A stretch of DNA of 64,000 nucleotides from Monocercomonoides exilis PA203 (taxonomy: Eukaryota > Protista > Preaxostyla), in assembly GCA_001643675.2 (NCBI GenBank), contig LSRY02000002.1:2046001-2110000 (forward strand), written 5' to 3'. The translations under genes were made by a program, and so were the position numbers. Shown here piece by piece: positions 24,306 through 37,600 of the stretch. Position 1 is the stretch's first letter; every line of letters begins with the position of its first letter. A model generated the notes under the pieces. The model ran no database searches. It saw nothing but the letters and a program-made list of their open reading frames with translations, and had not been told where the DNA came from.

Positions 24306-25520
24306 ATGTTTCATGATCTGGTGCATTGTAATGAGGATGAGCAAAGACTGAAAATAGAAGAAATGATTAAAGAAAGGAAAGTGCCTCTGAAAGATTCACT
24401 TTTGATGATGAAATTAATTGGACGTTGCAAAGCGCTGAAGATTAAATGGAACGCAAACTTTGATGCGTCTTCGCTGAATGAAAGATAAAAGAAGATGATT
24501 GTGAAGGAAGAAAATAAAAAGAAAAAAAAAAACGAAAAGCTTTTTGCTGATTTTTGTGAATGTTATCTTTTGTTAAAACAACATATCAAACACAGAATTG
24601 ATGCTCATTTGAATATCTTTCCTTCTTAAAGTTGCACTGAAGAAAGAGGAAAACGAAGAAGCAAAAGAAGAAATGGAAAGGGAATTTCTTGTTTTGAAAA
24701 ACATTGGGATGTGGGTGGTATGCTTTATTTGTTTATGATTGATTGAATTGTTTTTGATTAGAGAATAGATTAGGATCTTAATAAAAGTGAATTCAAAGAG
24801 ATCATAAAATATCACCGAAAACATCACAACCTGACTTGTCTTGCACATCAATCAGATTGGGTATTATTGATGGACAGATTGAAAGATGAAAGAAACTTTG
24901 AAGAAGTAATTGTGAATGAGCTTCATTTCAAAAGAGATGCTAGAAGAGATCTTGAAGAGCTAACAAGATGTCTTGATTGGAAGAGGAAAGAAGGAGACGA
25001 AGAAGGAAAAGAAACGAAAGAAGAGATTGTTTTATTTAGATGGATCCAAATGTTGGATTATTATTTTAACAAAAGCAAATTGAAGAATGAAGAATTTGCT
25101 GGACTTATGAGCAGCATTGTTTAGGTGTCTCGAGCATCAAGGGATTTCAACAGAATGATTAACAAGAATTGCATTCATTTATGGAAGCAACAGAGAACGA
25201 AGCTATCAAAGTTGAAGACTTGTTGGAAAGTGGAGCTGTTGGTGCTGATTTGGAGGGGATGCAGCTGTCAGCATTAAAACACGATTTGATGTTGAATTGT
25301 TTTGCTTTCTTTATGTTTATTTCAAGAAGATTGAAAGAAAAGGAGAAAGAAGAAAAAAAAGAATTGAAAAGAAAAGAGTTGAAAAGGAAAGTGCTTTAAA
25401 AGATGGAAGAAGAAGGATACGAAGATATTATCACAAGCTTTCATGAAATATTTGATTTTCTTTACAGAATATTTAATGATGATAATTTTTCTTTGAACTT
25501 TTCATATTATTTTGCATTCA
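24306..25520 (+). pseudogene. Decayed member of a multicopy E/K-rich helical hypothetical family
   Basis: Co-oriented fragments 24306-24488, 24867-25124 and 25169-25399 continue as KMEEEGYEDIITSFHEIFDFL and are interrupted by stops. They resemble a large oxymonad hypothetical family (from recall, not a search). Confidence 0.6.
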
Positions 25521-25714
25521 TTTGAATCAAAAGAGCTTTTTCAAATTTTGATTTTTCGGAAATTGTTATTGTTAAGTCAGAAAAAGAAAGGAAACAAAAA
25601 AAGAAGGAGAGAGGAAGAATTTGATAACAATCAGAAAAGAGTCTTTTTCAGCGATACGTGTAACTTTAATCATTCATTCTTCAACACATTTTCATTCTCT
25701 TTTATTCTAATCTT

Positions 25715-25840
25715 TCCTTCTTCCTCTTCCTCTTCCTCTTCATTTTCCTTTTACTCATTTTCATCCTCTTCCTCTTCGTTCTTTTTTTTTCTCTTCTTTC
25801 TCTTCTTCTTCATCCTCTTCATCTGTTTTTTCTTCTTCAG
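25715..25840. repeat. (TTC/TCC)n low-complexity tract
   Basis: Pyrimidine trinucleotide run. Confidence 0.55.
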
Positions 25841-28800
25841 CCAAACAAAAAACGAAAGAAGAAACAAAAGAAACAGTCAAAAAAGTGAATACAAAAGAGA
25901 AGGCAAAGCAAACACAGTTTGAAATTGATGAATACAAAAAGGAAAGATCATTCTCTCCTTTTTTTTTCTTCGACATCACCATTGACTGCCTTATATATAT
26001 ACATGACAATCAGTGCAAATGAAGATGAGGATGATACAGAACAAAATTGAACATTTTTTTATGATAACAAAAAAGACAATAGCATTATCACTCCAAAGTA
26101 GAGAAGCTGGAAAAGGAAAATATGGTTTCGCTTCGTTTTAGATTGTTAGCGACAAGGAATGCGATTCATTAAATGGAATGAGATGAACCTCTTTATTCTC
26201 GTTTACAAGCTTCCTCATCATGCTCTTCATTTTAGCATCCTCTAAATTTCTCCTTATGTTTCAATGCCTTTTATAATTTACCCTTCTCTGCGTTCGCCTG
26301 TTCTTGTTTGAATTGGCTTGATGCTTCATTTGATTACAATTGAAGAGAAAAGGTAACTTTTTGCTCTTAAGCGTAAATGATGATTTAGAAATAGTTGAAT
26401 AGAATCAAAACCTCCATCTGAACAAGATAAGTATGAGGAAGAAGAAAAAAAAGAGGTGAAATAAAAAGAACAGGAAAATGATCGAAAACTCTGATCAGAT
26501 AAAAAGACGTTGAATAAGTTGAAAGCATGTTTGCAGACAAAGGCTGTTGATTTTGCAAAACATATTCATATGAACACATCTTATTGAGGAGAGTGTTAAT
26601 TCTGATAGCACAAGGCAAATGGATTGGAGACGAACAGGCGGAATACGCAGAGCCAAAAGAGAATGAAATGATATATAAATTTATGAAGCATATGAATCGA
26701 AAACAGTTGCAGCAATTGACCTTCAATTCGCGATTTTAGAATAACTGCTAAACTGTTATAGCACAAATGTGTTTCATGATTCCTATCTTCTTTTTCTTCA
26801 CAATTATTGTATCATCGCCTTTTTTCCCAATCAAATGTTTTATTAACCATTCTTTCAATCTTCACTGGAGCAAATTTTCCGAATGGCATAATGATATCTT
26901 CTTCTTCAATAATCTTTTAATAGATTTATCAGGAGTTTTATTCCAACTTTCAGAGCAGTTTTTTTCCTGTGAAAATTCCGAAAATCAGTCGAAAACAGAC
27001 TTGTCAAATGGAAGTGAGATGAAACATGTGAAATCGATCGAAAAAGCACATACAAAAGGAGCAAATGTGAAAAAGAAGAAGAAGAGAAAAAGGCGGAAAG
27101 AAGTGGATTTTGAATACTTCATTTGGAGTTTGTTTCATAATAATAGGTTTAACAAGAATTTAACAAGTTTTCAATTGTGCAGTTTAAAAGCTTTAAAATC
27201 TGTTTTATTTCGAACTTGATCATCAGATTCTTCAAAAATTTCAAAAGTTCAATTGTTTCTTTTGAAATCCTAAAGCACGTCATTCTTTGATCAGCTCCTC
27301 CACTGGATTCCCACACACAAACCCATTAGAACAAGCATGTTTTCTGAAGATGATGTGATGAACGAACTTTCGCAATCTTCATCCACGGCATTTGGTGATT
27401 CAAGTTTCATGATGGGTGGAGAGACAGCCAGAGGTCTGGGGAGGAGAGGGATATTTGGATTAGCAGAACTGGAGTTGTGAATCGAATGAAACATCAGCAC
27501 GTTGCACATTCAGCCCAATTGAAAATGAATACAAATCAGTATTCTCATGGAGCTTGAATGAAAAGAAAATGAATGTGGAAAAAAAGAAAAATAAAAATAA
27601 AAATAAGGTTGTCAATTTTCATTTTTCTTTCTTTCTTTTCTTTCTTTTTTTGTTTTGTCTTATCTTGTTTTTGAATTCAAAAATGAAGCATTCTCAAAAT
27701 ATTTCATTATCAAAAATCCAGAAGATTATTGATTATTTATTATATTGTGAAATGAGAAAATATAAAAATCACATTTTTGATAGGCAAATTTCAATGTATT
27801 TCCTCAGTCGATCATGGAATAATTAGACTGATTTTTGTGTGTGAGAAAATATTTGTTCCCAACTGTTAGAAATGATTATGATTCATTGTAACTTGCTATT
27901 AATTCTTTATTTCCTTCTTTTTCCATTTGTTAAAAAAAATCCATTTTTGAAGGATTATTAAACGCTTTGCCAATTTGATCAACTTGTATTCCTTTCTGTC
28001 TCCAATTAACGTTCATAAAAAATTCCAGATATTCATATGCCACATTGAAATGCAATGCTGTTTGTTGTTACTAATCCAAAACAACAAAATAAGTTCGGTT
28101 TATCAGCAAGGCATCAACTAATATGTGTTCGGTTAAGCGGACTCTTCTCATCTGTTAAATGTTGTAATAACATATTTCTATGAAATGATTAATAACCTTA
28201 TTTAATGATTAAATCATACTGTGAGTGAATCCAGAATATTTTAAATACCACAAACGGTGAATAAGAAATATAAAACAAAAACGCTCAAAACCTTTGTTTT
28301 CTTGTTATCTCTTCATTCGTTTCATTTTCTTATTCAAGTGGTTGATTCATCACCTTTTTCACTTTTATCAACAACTCAAACATTCTTTTTCTGCCATTCT
28401 TTCAAATTTCGAAATTTACTCTTTCATATTCTATATTTCACTTAAGAGATCAATTTATTGAAAAAAATAGAAATAATTCTTCTTTCTTTTCAATAAACTC
28501 TTCAGTATTCAAACACAGAAAAGCAAATGATTTGAACAAACCAATTATTGCATTTTTAACAAGAAATCTTTGCTGAATCCAAATGCTCAATATCAATTTC
28601 GCTTTTCGCGTCCTCAGCAACCACAGTAATTAGGGTTTCTTTTTATCGTTCAAATGAATGACTTGAAGAAAAATATTTTCTGAAATACAATATTTAGAAA
28701 AATTTTTGATATATATCATATTTGATCAAAGCCAAAAATAAATGATAAAAAAAAATTAAAAACATCAAAATGAATAGGAAATGAAAAGAAAATACCAAAA

Positions 28801-29231
28801 ACAACACATTGAATTCGATTAAAATTGAAAAACATTGTTGATTTGTTGCAAAATTCAAGGACCGAAAAATTGTATGATTTCAAAAATAATGACCCATATA
28901 TTGAATTCAATAGTGTTGTATGTTTTTTACTCAATTCTTGGAGTGGAGACCCAGAGGTTGTGTTGCTTCGAAATCATTGCATTTTTGAATTTTGCCCATC
29001 TGTACGTCACATTTTTTTATGAATAATCTTTACAAAATTTAATGGTTTTCGATTTCCATTTTCAGCTAAGTCATGTAATGCACAATCCAACAAAATCTGT
29101 TTGCTCTCATTTTTGTGAAACTTCCTTTTCAATATATATTTTTTTTTAATTACTGTTTTCACTTTTTTTTTGTGGAATAGACAATCTAAAAAAACAAAGA
29201 GATTCGACAACTTTGTCTTTCTCACTTTTAG

Positions 29232-29840
29232 GAATATGGAGAAGGGACAACACTTGTTCCCCCATTTGCTACTGATTACGCTTTCAACATTTCAATAGGA
29301 AAAAGGGTGTTTATAAATTCTAATTGTTCATTTTTGGATGGAGCAGGCATTGCAATTAAGGATGATGTATTTATTGCGCCTCATGTTAAACTGATGGCTA
29401 TGGGTCATCCTATGAGGGCTTCTGAGCGTCGTTTTCAAGATGATAAAGGGTAAATATTCAACGTTGGTGCGCCAATTCACGCGAAGCATGATGCATGGAT
29501 CGGATGTGGATGTGGAGTCACTCCTGGAGTGACTATAGGTGCTCGTTCTGTCATAGGTGCAGGAGCTGTGGTCACTCGCGACATTCCTGATGATGGAGTT
29601 GCAGTTGGAAATCCAGTAAAGGTTATTCGAATAATTGATAATCGTGATGTTCTCGATAAACCAACTTTATAAGCTGAACTGGCTGCATTGAAAGAGAAAG
29701 CAAACACAACAATCAGCTCTCTTCGTTCACTTGAATTTACGATTTCTCTTCAGAAGGAGTTGCAAAAAAAGAAATCAGGATCTTTTTCAAAGGGCAGACA
29801 ATTTCATTCGATGAACAAAGATCTGATTTCTACGAAGTAA
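29232..29840 (+). pseudogene. Maltose/galactoside O-acetyltransferase (hexapeptide-repeat) pseudogene
   Basis: After a TTTTAG acceptor: ...VPPFATDYAFNISIGKRVFINSNCSFLD...FIAPHVKL...HP...*...DAWIGCGCGVTPGVTIGARSVIGAGAVVTRDIPDDGVAVGNPVKVIR. In-frame TAA at 29451 and 29670. Not in the ORF track. Confidence 0.88.
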
Positions 29841-30544
29841 TTATAAAGAATAGGCACTATATGAAGAGCTACTATCTATTTATTGTTTTTTTCATTAAAC
29901 TGTGTGCATATTGCAATCTCTCATCTTTCAGATAAAAAGAGAGTTCATACTTAAGTGTAAGATGCACGAATGGGTCATTACAAAATAAATTGGTATTTAT
30001 ATTTGTGTATTTTCAAATTTTTCAGTAATTTTTTTATTTCTCAACACCATTCCAAAAAGAACTTTATTCCATGTTTCATTTTTCGTGGAGAACAATCTAT
30101 CTACGACACATCATTATTATGGGAGTGAGAGCGCCTTATTAAGGGCTCTGTCGTTCACAAAGTGATGTGAAAATGGATGAAGCGGAAAAGAATTAGAACT
30201 TTAATAAACAAAAAGTGCAAAAACAAAGTGCACTGAGGTGTGGTCGAGGTCGAATGCTGCTGTGGCCCGTGCGCTGGGTTTAGTGTTGTTAAGATTTTGG
30301 CTTAAGCTTCGACTTAGGCTTCGGCTTTGGGTAAGGTCGTTGCTTCAGTCGTTGTTATTGAAATTGTTCAATGCGAGTTAACTTGCTGTTATGTTGGCTT
30401 ATTCTTCTTGCTTGGTCTTCGGTTGATTCACATTTCTCGACACCAGTTCTTTCTTCTCTCTGTTTCGCTTACTAACTCTCTCTCTCTCCAATCCTGTAAT
30501 TTCTTTATAATGAGTGGTGGGAAGAGCTACGCTCAGGGCGTGCA

Positions 30545-30642
30545 AGAGAGGTGTCGTAGATAGATTGTTCTCCACGGATTTAAGTGCAGAGCACCTTAAT
30601 TCTTCAGAACAATCGTGATCTTCACCACCTCTCTATTATGGA
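30545..30642. repeat. DIRS internal complementary region (ICR)
   Basis: GTGTCGTAGATAGATTGTTCTCCACG is the reverse complement of the left terminus (30084-30109). The adjacent AAGTGCAGAGCACCTTAATTCTTCAGAACAATCGTGATC...CTCTCTATTATGG closely matches the reverse complement of the right terminus. Confidence 0.9.
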
Positions 30643-30729
30643 AGTGACAATTATTGTGCTTATCTCCAGTTACTTTGTGTCTGCTTGTGTGACGAATAAA
30701 GGTCTCATTGTGCTGAAAATGAACTCGAT

Positions 30730-31998
30730 TCAGATCGTCTTGCTGTCTTCTGCTTCTTGGTCGCCTGGCTCCTCGATCTTTGATGGATATGTGACCTCTG
30801 GCTCTTGCATTGTGCTTTCTTTGAGTGGTGGCGGACCAAATCTGATAATCTCTGAGGACTGGCTTGGTTGTGTGTTCGATGCTGAGATAAGTTGGTGTAC
30901 CATTTGATGGGAGAGATTTGAGGATAGATAAAACCTTGATGGTGTGTGTGCTGTAGGTGAGAGTCTCGCATATTTTGTAGCCAGCACTTCTGGAATTTTG
31001 TTAAGCATAAGCGTTGAAATAGCAGCGTGCTAAATGGAATATGGGCGGTAGTGTTTGGGGACTCCAGTCCAAGACATTCCTGTTCTAACTAGCTTCCTAA
31101 TCACCTCCACTGTCAGCGGGGTGAATTTCATTGTATTCAAGAGGAATGTGTCACATTCAGTGTGTCTCTGTTTTATGAATTCCCGTAGGCACAATAAGGT
31201 TCTTGCTGGGCGAATCTTTGCGTTTGCCTCGTCGAGGGAAGGCACTGTAATGAAGGATGGTGAATTTGTCGTCTTGAGCTTCATTTGGAGATGCACTGCG
31301 CTTGAATCTACAATCGATGCGGTCATCGAGAGCTGTGCTAGTTCACGTTACCTGCAGGCTGTGAATATCATAATTAGCAAAATGCTCTTTATGGTTAGTT
31401 CAAGGAACGACAACTTCTCATTTGGGGAGTCCTGAGAGAAGTATCGAAACGCGAGGTCTGGCTTCCACATCTTCGTGTAAGGTCTTCTGTGCACCTTGGT
31501 TCTGGAGAACGACCTAAACAGCACATGAAAGAGAGGGTTTCCTCCGATCTCCTTACCATAGACCACCTTTGAAAAGAGGGAAATAGCCGAACGCGTGGCT
31601 GCCAGACACGCATATGAGAAACCTCGGTCCCTCAGGTCTGTAAAACAGTCTACGCATTTCTTTATCCAGTCATCAAACTTCTTGGGAAACTGTCGCAGTT
31701 TCAATCTCCTCCATGCTCTACTGAAGTGTTTGAATCCGAAGCAATACGATCTCCATGTTGTCTGCGCCACACTGTTCCTTGCTGCGCCTTGGATTCTCAC
31801 ATGTACTCCGCATTGTCTCATACTCTGTTTCCACCATCTTTCGCCTTCGTCTGCAACTCGTTTAGCCGTACCGCCATGTATCCCCCCGGTGGGAGAGATG
31901 CTCCAGTCCTTCTTAGCCCTTTTCCTGGTATTAGTACCTCCTTTGAGTCTTTCCAAAGTGTCTGACGAGTCATCAACTCCTCCAGAAGTATACTCCAA
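30730..31998 (-). pseudogene. DIRS tyrosine recombinase
   Basis: Motifs TACR*REL, HYRPYSI*HAAIS and ARLS...RFY. In-frame stops at 31348 and 31030, the second at the position expected for the second catalytic Arg. Confidence 0.85.
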
Positions 31999-32009
31999 AC
32001 TTGATTCTT

Positions 32010-33780
32010 CTAGGCTGGAAGAAAAAGAACCACTCTCGCTCTTTCCGTATGGGCTTTACTCAGACAAGGCATTATGAGAGGTACAGGGGGGTGTGCAAAG
32101 ATGACTCCTTCCCTCCAGTCTGCGGCCAGACCGTCCGTGCACCAAGAGCTTCCTTGCCCATTCCATATCGGTCTTTTCTTGTTTCTTGTGTTTGCGAATG
32201 CGTCCACATCTGGGACGGCTTCCAGTGCTGCTTCTACTTTGCGAAGATTTTGAGTCCGAATCTCGTAGTCTCCTGCGATTGCGAGTCTTGACAGCGAGTC
32301 TGCTATCACGTTCTTGTCTCCTGGAATATGAATTGCCTTCACTGTCAGATCCAATGCTTGACATACATATTGAATCTTTCTCAGCAGAGAAATCAAGTTT
32401 GGTCCTGCTCCCCACCTGTTGATGTTGAAAACTACTGAGGTATTGTCCGAACGGAGGAGCAGGTTGTGGATTTTGTTGCGCTTCAGGTTGGAAGAAAAAT
32501 TGTTGAGTGCAAGGAGAACAGCCAAAAGCTCTCTGTAATTCGATGTTTGTTCCCTGAATGTTGGACTGAGAAGTTTGTAGGAATGTTGGATGTTCTCCGC
32601 AATATTCAAGGTTGCTCCCACTGCAAAAGGAGAGGCGTCCGTTGGAAGAACACCTTCCGGGCTGGGAAAGCCCACCAGCCTCCTGCTGAACCGTGTATTC
32701 AGTCTCTGTATCCATAGCTCCAGTTGCCTCGTCAATCCATTGTTGAGTTACGCTTCTCCGTACCAGCCCGAGTCTCTCACACCTCTGTTGAGAACAGCAT
32801 CCCATCTGTTCATGAACAAACTTGCGTCTCTGAAAACGAAGCGCGTAGCGCTGAGTGGCCCTATGAAGGATGCATAATCCCGCACCTTCACAATCTTGCA
32901 GCGCTTCACCCACTTCATCCATTTCACACATTGTTGTCTCAGCTTCCTGCGTTGTTGATCCTCTTGTCTCACTGTCATCTGTTCGCTGTCCCATCTCCAT
33001 CCAAGGTAATCGAAGTGTCTTTTTGGTTGTAGTTTGCTTTTCTCCATATTTACCAACAAGCCTAGCTGCCCCAACCATTCCTCAATTACCTTCGTTGCTG
33101 CTCTTAGATAATTCCTGTACTGATGAAGTTGTAGAATATCGTCCAAATAAGTTACACACCTCACCCTCCACCGTTTCCTTTCCTGAATCATTACTTTGCG
33201 CATTACCTTGGTAAAGACACTGGTGGCGTCCTTGTATCCAAACGGCATTCCCCTGAAACCGAAGAAATCTCCTCTGAAATGGAAAGCCAGGAAAGGTGAA
33301 AACTCTCTGTGTACCGGGATGAGGTAATATGCCTGAGAAAGGTCCAAAGAAGTCGTCCAGTCTTCTTTTTGCAGCAGTTTCTCCACGGTTCGATGAACGT
33401 CCATTTTGAAGTGAACATCCTTCAACGCGGCGTTCAGCGGTCTGCAGTCAACAATTTGTCTGAATTTCCCATTCTTCTTCGGGATAAAGAAAATGTTGTT
33501 CAGGCAACCAACCTGGTCCGCGGTCAGCTTGGTCAACACTTCCGTCCTCAACCCCTCTTGTATCCACTTCGCACAAGCTTGTTCCTCTTTCTTCCCTCCG
33601 ATAAAACCTCTGCATCGTCCATTCTCCTTCTCTAGTCTTTCTCTTGCGCTCATGCTCTTCCAAATCGGTCAAATACCCTCCGTTATCACATTTCCTGCTC
33701 CAATTTCCTCCCACGCTTTAGCGAAGGACTGGGTTCGACCTCCTTCTTTCTCCGAAAAAAACGAAACTTCGACTGGATGA
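32010..33780 (-). pseudogene. DIRS pol: reverse transcriptase, RNase H and Dam-like methyltransferase domain
   Basis: RT motifs: FFIPKKNGKFRQIVDCRPLN, SLDLSQAYY, GMPFG, YLDD, YLG. RNase H motifs: TDAS, RELLAV, SDN, HIPGDKNVIADSLSR. MT motifs: VDAFA, DGL...W, FAHPP. In-frame stops near 33670, at 32748 and at 32010. Confidence 0.9.
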
Positions 33781-34482
33781 ATTGTCTCTTGGTCGAAAAG
33801 GATCTTGAGATGCGCTCACTCTGACGGCTGGCTGCATATGTAGAGTATGTTATAGCTTCTCGTTTCATCTGCATCAGCGGTGCAGTCCTCTCAAGTTGTT
33901 CCCTGTGAGTAATGGGTCTTCTTTTTCTTCCTGTAATAACCTAGCTGCAGCAAAACCAAATTTTGCAATTATCCTCATATGTCTAGCATCTTGTAGCGCT
34001 GCAATTATGAAGGTTAACGCGTCGCTTAAATACGGTTTATCCTCCTGCTTCGCATTCTGAGTTGCCAACACTATTGCCTTCAGCGCTGGGAGTAATCGGG
34101 ACTCTTCTTTCCAGGCTCCCTCGTCAAGTGCGCCGGAAAACCAGCTTCTTGATCGGGAGTGAGCGTGGGTTCTAGATGAAATTAACGGGGGAGCCGAGAG
34201 TAATTCATATTCTGCTGTGGACCGATTAATATCACTGGCACTAATTGGAAAGTTGAACACTGAGTTAGAGGTTTGATCTCCGAATAGTTTCTTGCAGGCT
34301 TTATCCAACGGACGTGTGGGAGTAGAGTCTGGAGTCATTGCAATGTCGTCGGCTAGTTGAGGCGCAGATGATGAAGGAAATGCAAAACTGGAAGCTGTGG
34401 GAGTTGGATTGGAGATGGGGATCGGTGCTCCCATACCGCCTGTTGGTCCGCTTTGCGGGAATATCACGCTCAGTCCAGACAC
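33686..34482 (-). pseudogene. DIRS gag-like ORF1 (apparent frameshift near 33874)
   Basis: First ORF after the 5' ITR, overlapping pol. Assigned by position only. Confidence 0.65.
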
Positions 34483-34682
34483 AGGTCATTCCAACAATGT
34501 TGACATTTCTCAAATTTTGTGAACTACGGAGCCCTTAATAAGGCGCTCTCACACCCATAATAGAGAGGCATCGTAGATCACGATTGTTCTTGAGAATTAA
34601 GTTGCTCTGCACTTTAGTTACTTTTTTTATTCTGTGAAAATTTTGTGGGTATGATCAACAGAAAAAAAAAAACCAATCGTCG

Positions 34683-37600
34683 ATGCTGTTGTTTATATAC
34701 ACAGTTTCCTTGTTGTGTGACATTTTTGTAGATGCAAAAAGAGTCAGAATGGACAATTTTGGAAAGCTGTATGAGGCAGGTCATTTCTCTTCATTTTTTA
34801 GACAAATCAATCAACCATTTGCAATGACAGCAACATCGATTTCACCAACTTCGCATTTTCTAATTTTAAACAGTACGACAACGTTTGGAGATATAGTTTT
34901 CTCCTCCTCTGTCAATTGTTGGCCTCAATTTTATTGCTATACTTCTTTTTTGTGCATTACGTCTTGTGCAGTTGCTTGTGATACAATCGGGAAAATCAAT
35001 CCCTTTACTAGTTATGATAGCTCCACGAGCATTTATAATGCGACTTTTTTGAATCCTTCGTGCTCCAGTCTTATTGCTCCTCTATTTTCTCAAGATTCTT
35101 CTTCTGGATCTTCATTTTCTCAGATCTTTCATTTCTCATCATCGGTTGTGCAATCGTTTGTACTTGCTTCAACTCCCTTCATTTTGCCAGCTTCTTTTTC
35201 TTCGGGAAGAATTCACAACTCAATTATTTTCAATATAACGATTTCTCCACATCTTCGTTCTCATATGGATACAATACCCGGACCTAAAGAAGTATCTATC
35301 AGCGACAGTGTGTTCACAAAGGTGGAGAATGTGTATGATGGCGGAATTGTTCAATCGATCAATGCACCTGGCAACAACATTTTATGTTCAAATTGCTCAT
35401 TTTTGTTATGTTCACGCGAGCTTAGCAACGATACTCGCGATCCGTATCCTTCTAGGGAGGATTATTCTGATAAGTCATGCTCCTTCAGCGATTCAATGTT
35501 CACAATTTCTTCTCAAATGAGTGGAGGAGCTATTTGCGTCTCCGAAAATGGATCGCTGAATGTTCAAAGATGTTCATTTATAGAATGCCAAACATCTGCT
35601 CGAGGAGGTGCCATATTTTTATATAATTTTTGTATAAGTGAGATTAATGCGACGGATTTTGCGAATTGCTCTGCTAATGACTCCGATGGTGCATTAGGAA
35701 TATTTTATGGAATTCATGCTATTACTTATAATTGCTTATTTGTTAATTGCTCTTCATTGAAACAATTTGGTGCAATGAATAATGAACATTCTCCAAGAGA
35801 TTATCTCATAAACAATTGCACTTTTTCGTATTGTCTTTGCAACGGAACAGGCGGATGCGTGGGACTTGCTTATCCTCCTTCAGAATTTTCAATTATTGAT
35901 TCGCTTTTTGAGTATTCAACATCAAGCAGGGGAGGAGCTATTTATTTCCACAGTAATACAGAAAGCACATCAATGCATTGGAAGTTTCTTTTATTTCGCA
36001 ATAACTCTTCGCCTTTGGGAAATGATGCATATTCGACACCTGGTTTGTACGAAAAGTTGAACAAATCTCAGTTTGTAAGCTGTTTTTCAACCAGCGAGCA
36101 GCCAAGATTCCTTCATTGTCCAAAAACAGGGCGATGCACACTCGACCATAATGAAAATGATTGGCTTCCTAATCCATCTCCAATGGAAATAAATGTAAAA
36201 AATTCAGGGCAAGATTTAGAATCGTGTGGAGCCGAAGGTCTCGAATGCAAGACAGTGAAGCATGCATTCTCTCGCTCCATTCCCATCCTTGGTCAGTCAA
36301 TTCTTCTTCATAGCGAAACATTTATCGTGGGAGAACTGAAAATTAACGCACAGTACATTGCAGTTAGGGCGAAATTTAAGACTCAAGCTCAAAACAACAG
36401 GCCAATCATTGAGACAAACGCTTCAGCAGAAGCATTCTGCAGGATTGTGGTGGGATCATGTGGTGTGGAAGAGGTGAATTTCTTGCATTCATGTACAAAG
36501 TGGCCAACGACTGCTCTGTTTGTTGTTGAAGGATCTGGGAATCTAAAACTTGTGGAAGTATCTATTTCGTGCGGTGCAGAAGGAATTTCCTATTTTGCAT
36601 GCAGTCTTATTAATCCGCAATCTGATGGAGCATCAATAGAACTTGCACGTGTCAAGTTTTCGGGGATCAAATCCACAAAGCCAGTTCTGGGACTTGCAAT
36701 GAGCTGCAGGTGGGAAATTTCCGATATTTTATTCGACGAAGTGGAGCGCACGACAGGGAATGGTGGTGCGCTGGAGGTGACAGTTGAGTCCGGTGAAGTT
36801 CTGGAACTGGAAAATATAACGTTTTCCTCTTGTAGAAGTAAAATCGGGGATGGCGGCGGGATGTGGGTGTCGGCCAAGAACGAGTCAAAAGTTGTTGTGG
36901 GGAATGCGTCTGCCAGGAGTGGAGCAATAGATTTCAACACATGTGAAGCGAATGGTCTTGGAGGAGGTTTATATGTGTATATGGAGGAAAATGTCGATGT
37001 GAGACTGAGTAGCCTAACATTTACAGGATGTTCTGCGTCTACAGGAAGAGATGTGTTCGTTAGCGCCTTCAATATGGGGAATGCAATGAAGCAAGGGTTA
37101 ATCTCTTTTTTGCCGGAGCTGACTGACGTGAATGGTGTGAATGGATATGAGCGATCAACTACAAATGAAAGCTTTGTTATTCCGATTGTGGTGTATTTAT
37201 GGAGCAATCGAACTGCTCGAGCATACGTTCATAACAATAAGCAGAACAGCGCAGACTTTACAGGATGCGGAGTTGTAGAATATCCGTGCCGCAGTGTTGA
37301 TGGAGCAGCACGACTGCACTTTGCGGAAGCAGATCGGAAGCTGAGATTGTGTGAAGGATTTTGCTTTGACCGCTATTTGGCACTGGATAAAAGAATGTTT
37401 GACTTTGATGTGGAGGCGAAGGGAACAGTGAATGTGCGCGTGGAGTCGACAGTGGCTGGAGCAGGGGAAGGCTTGGTTGAATGCAGCGTTCCGACTGTAT
37501 TCACAAACATAAGTTTTGAGCTTGGAAGCTCTGTCGGAGCAAAGAAGGCATTTTTATACTCGCATTCAGCTTCTTTGCGCATGAAGGATTGCTCAATGTG

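Larger units (their letters stand above)
30084..34614 (-). mobile_element. DIRS1-type tyrosine-recombinase retrotransposon, full length, inactivated
   Basis: Inverted terminal repeats at about 30084-30161 and 34516-34614 (core TATTATGGG.GTGAGAGCGCCTTATTAAGGGCTC). An internal complementary region at 30545-30642 and gag-, RT/RH/MT- and YR-coding frames are present. Confidence 0.93.

Noticed and set aside
26100-28300. Coding-like fragments in 26.1-28.3 kb (similar ones at 15.0-15.8 kb)
   Set aside because: They are too degraded to assign frame or family without a search.
29451-29672. TAA/TAG read as Gln (non-standard code known in some oxymonads) to rescue in-frame stops
   Set aside because: The 4153-, 1842- and 1545-aa ORFs contain no in-frame TAR, intact genes end in TAA, and the decayed loci also contain TGA stops and frameshifts.
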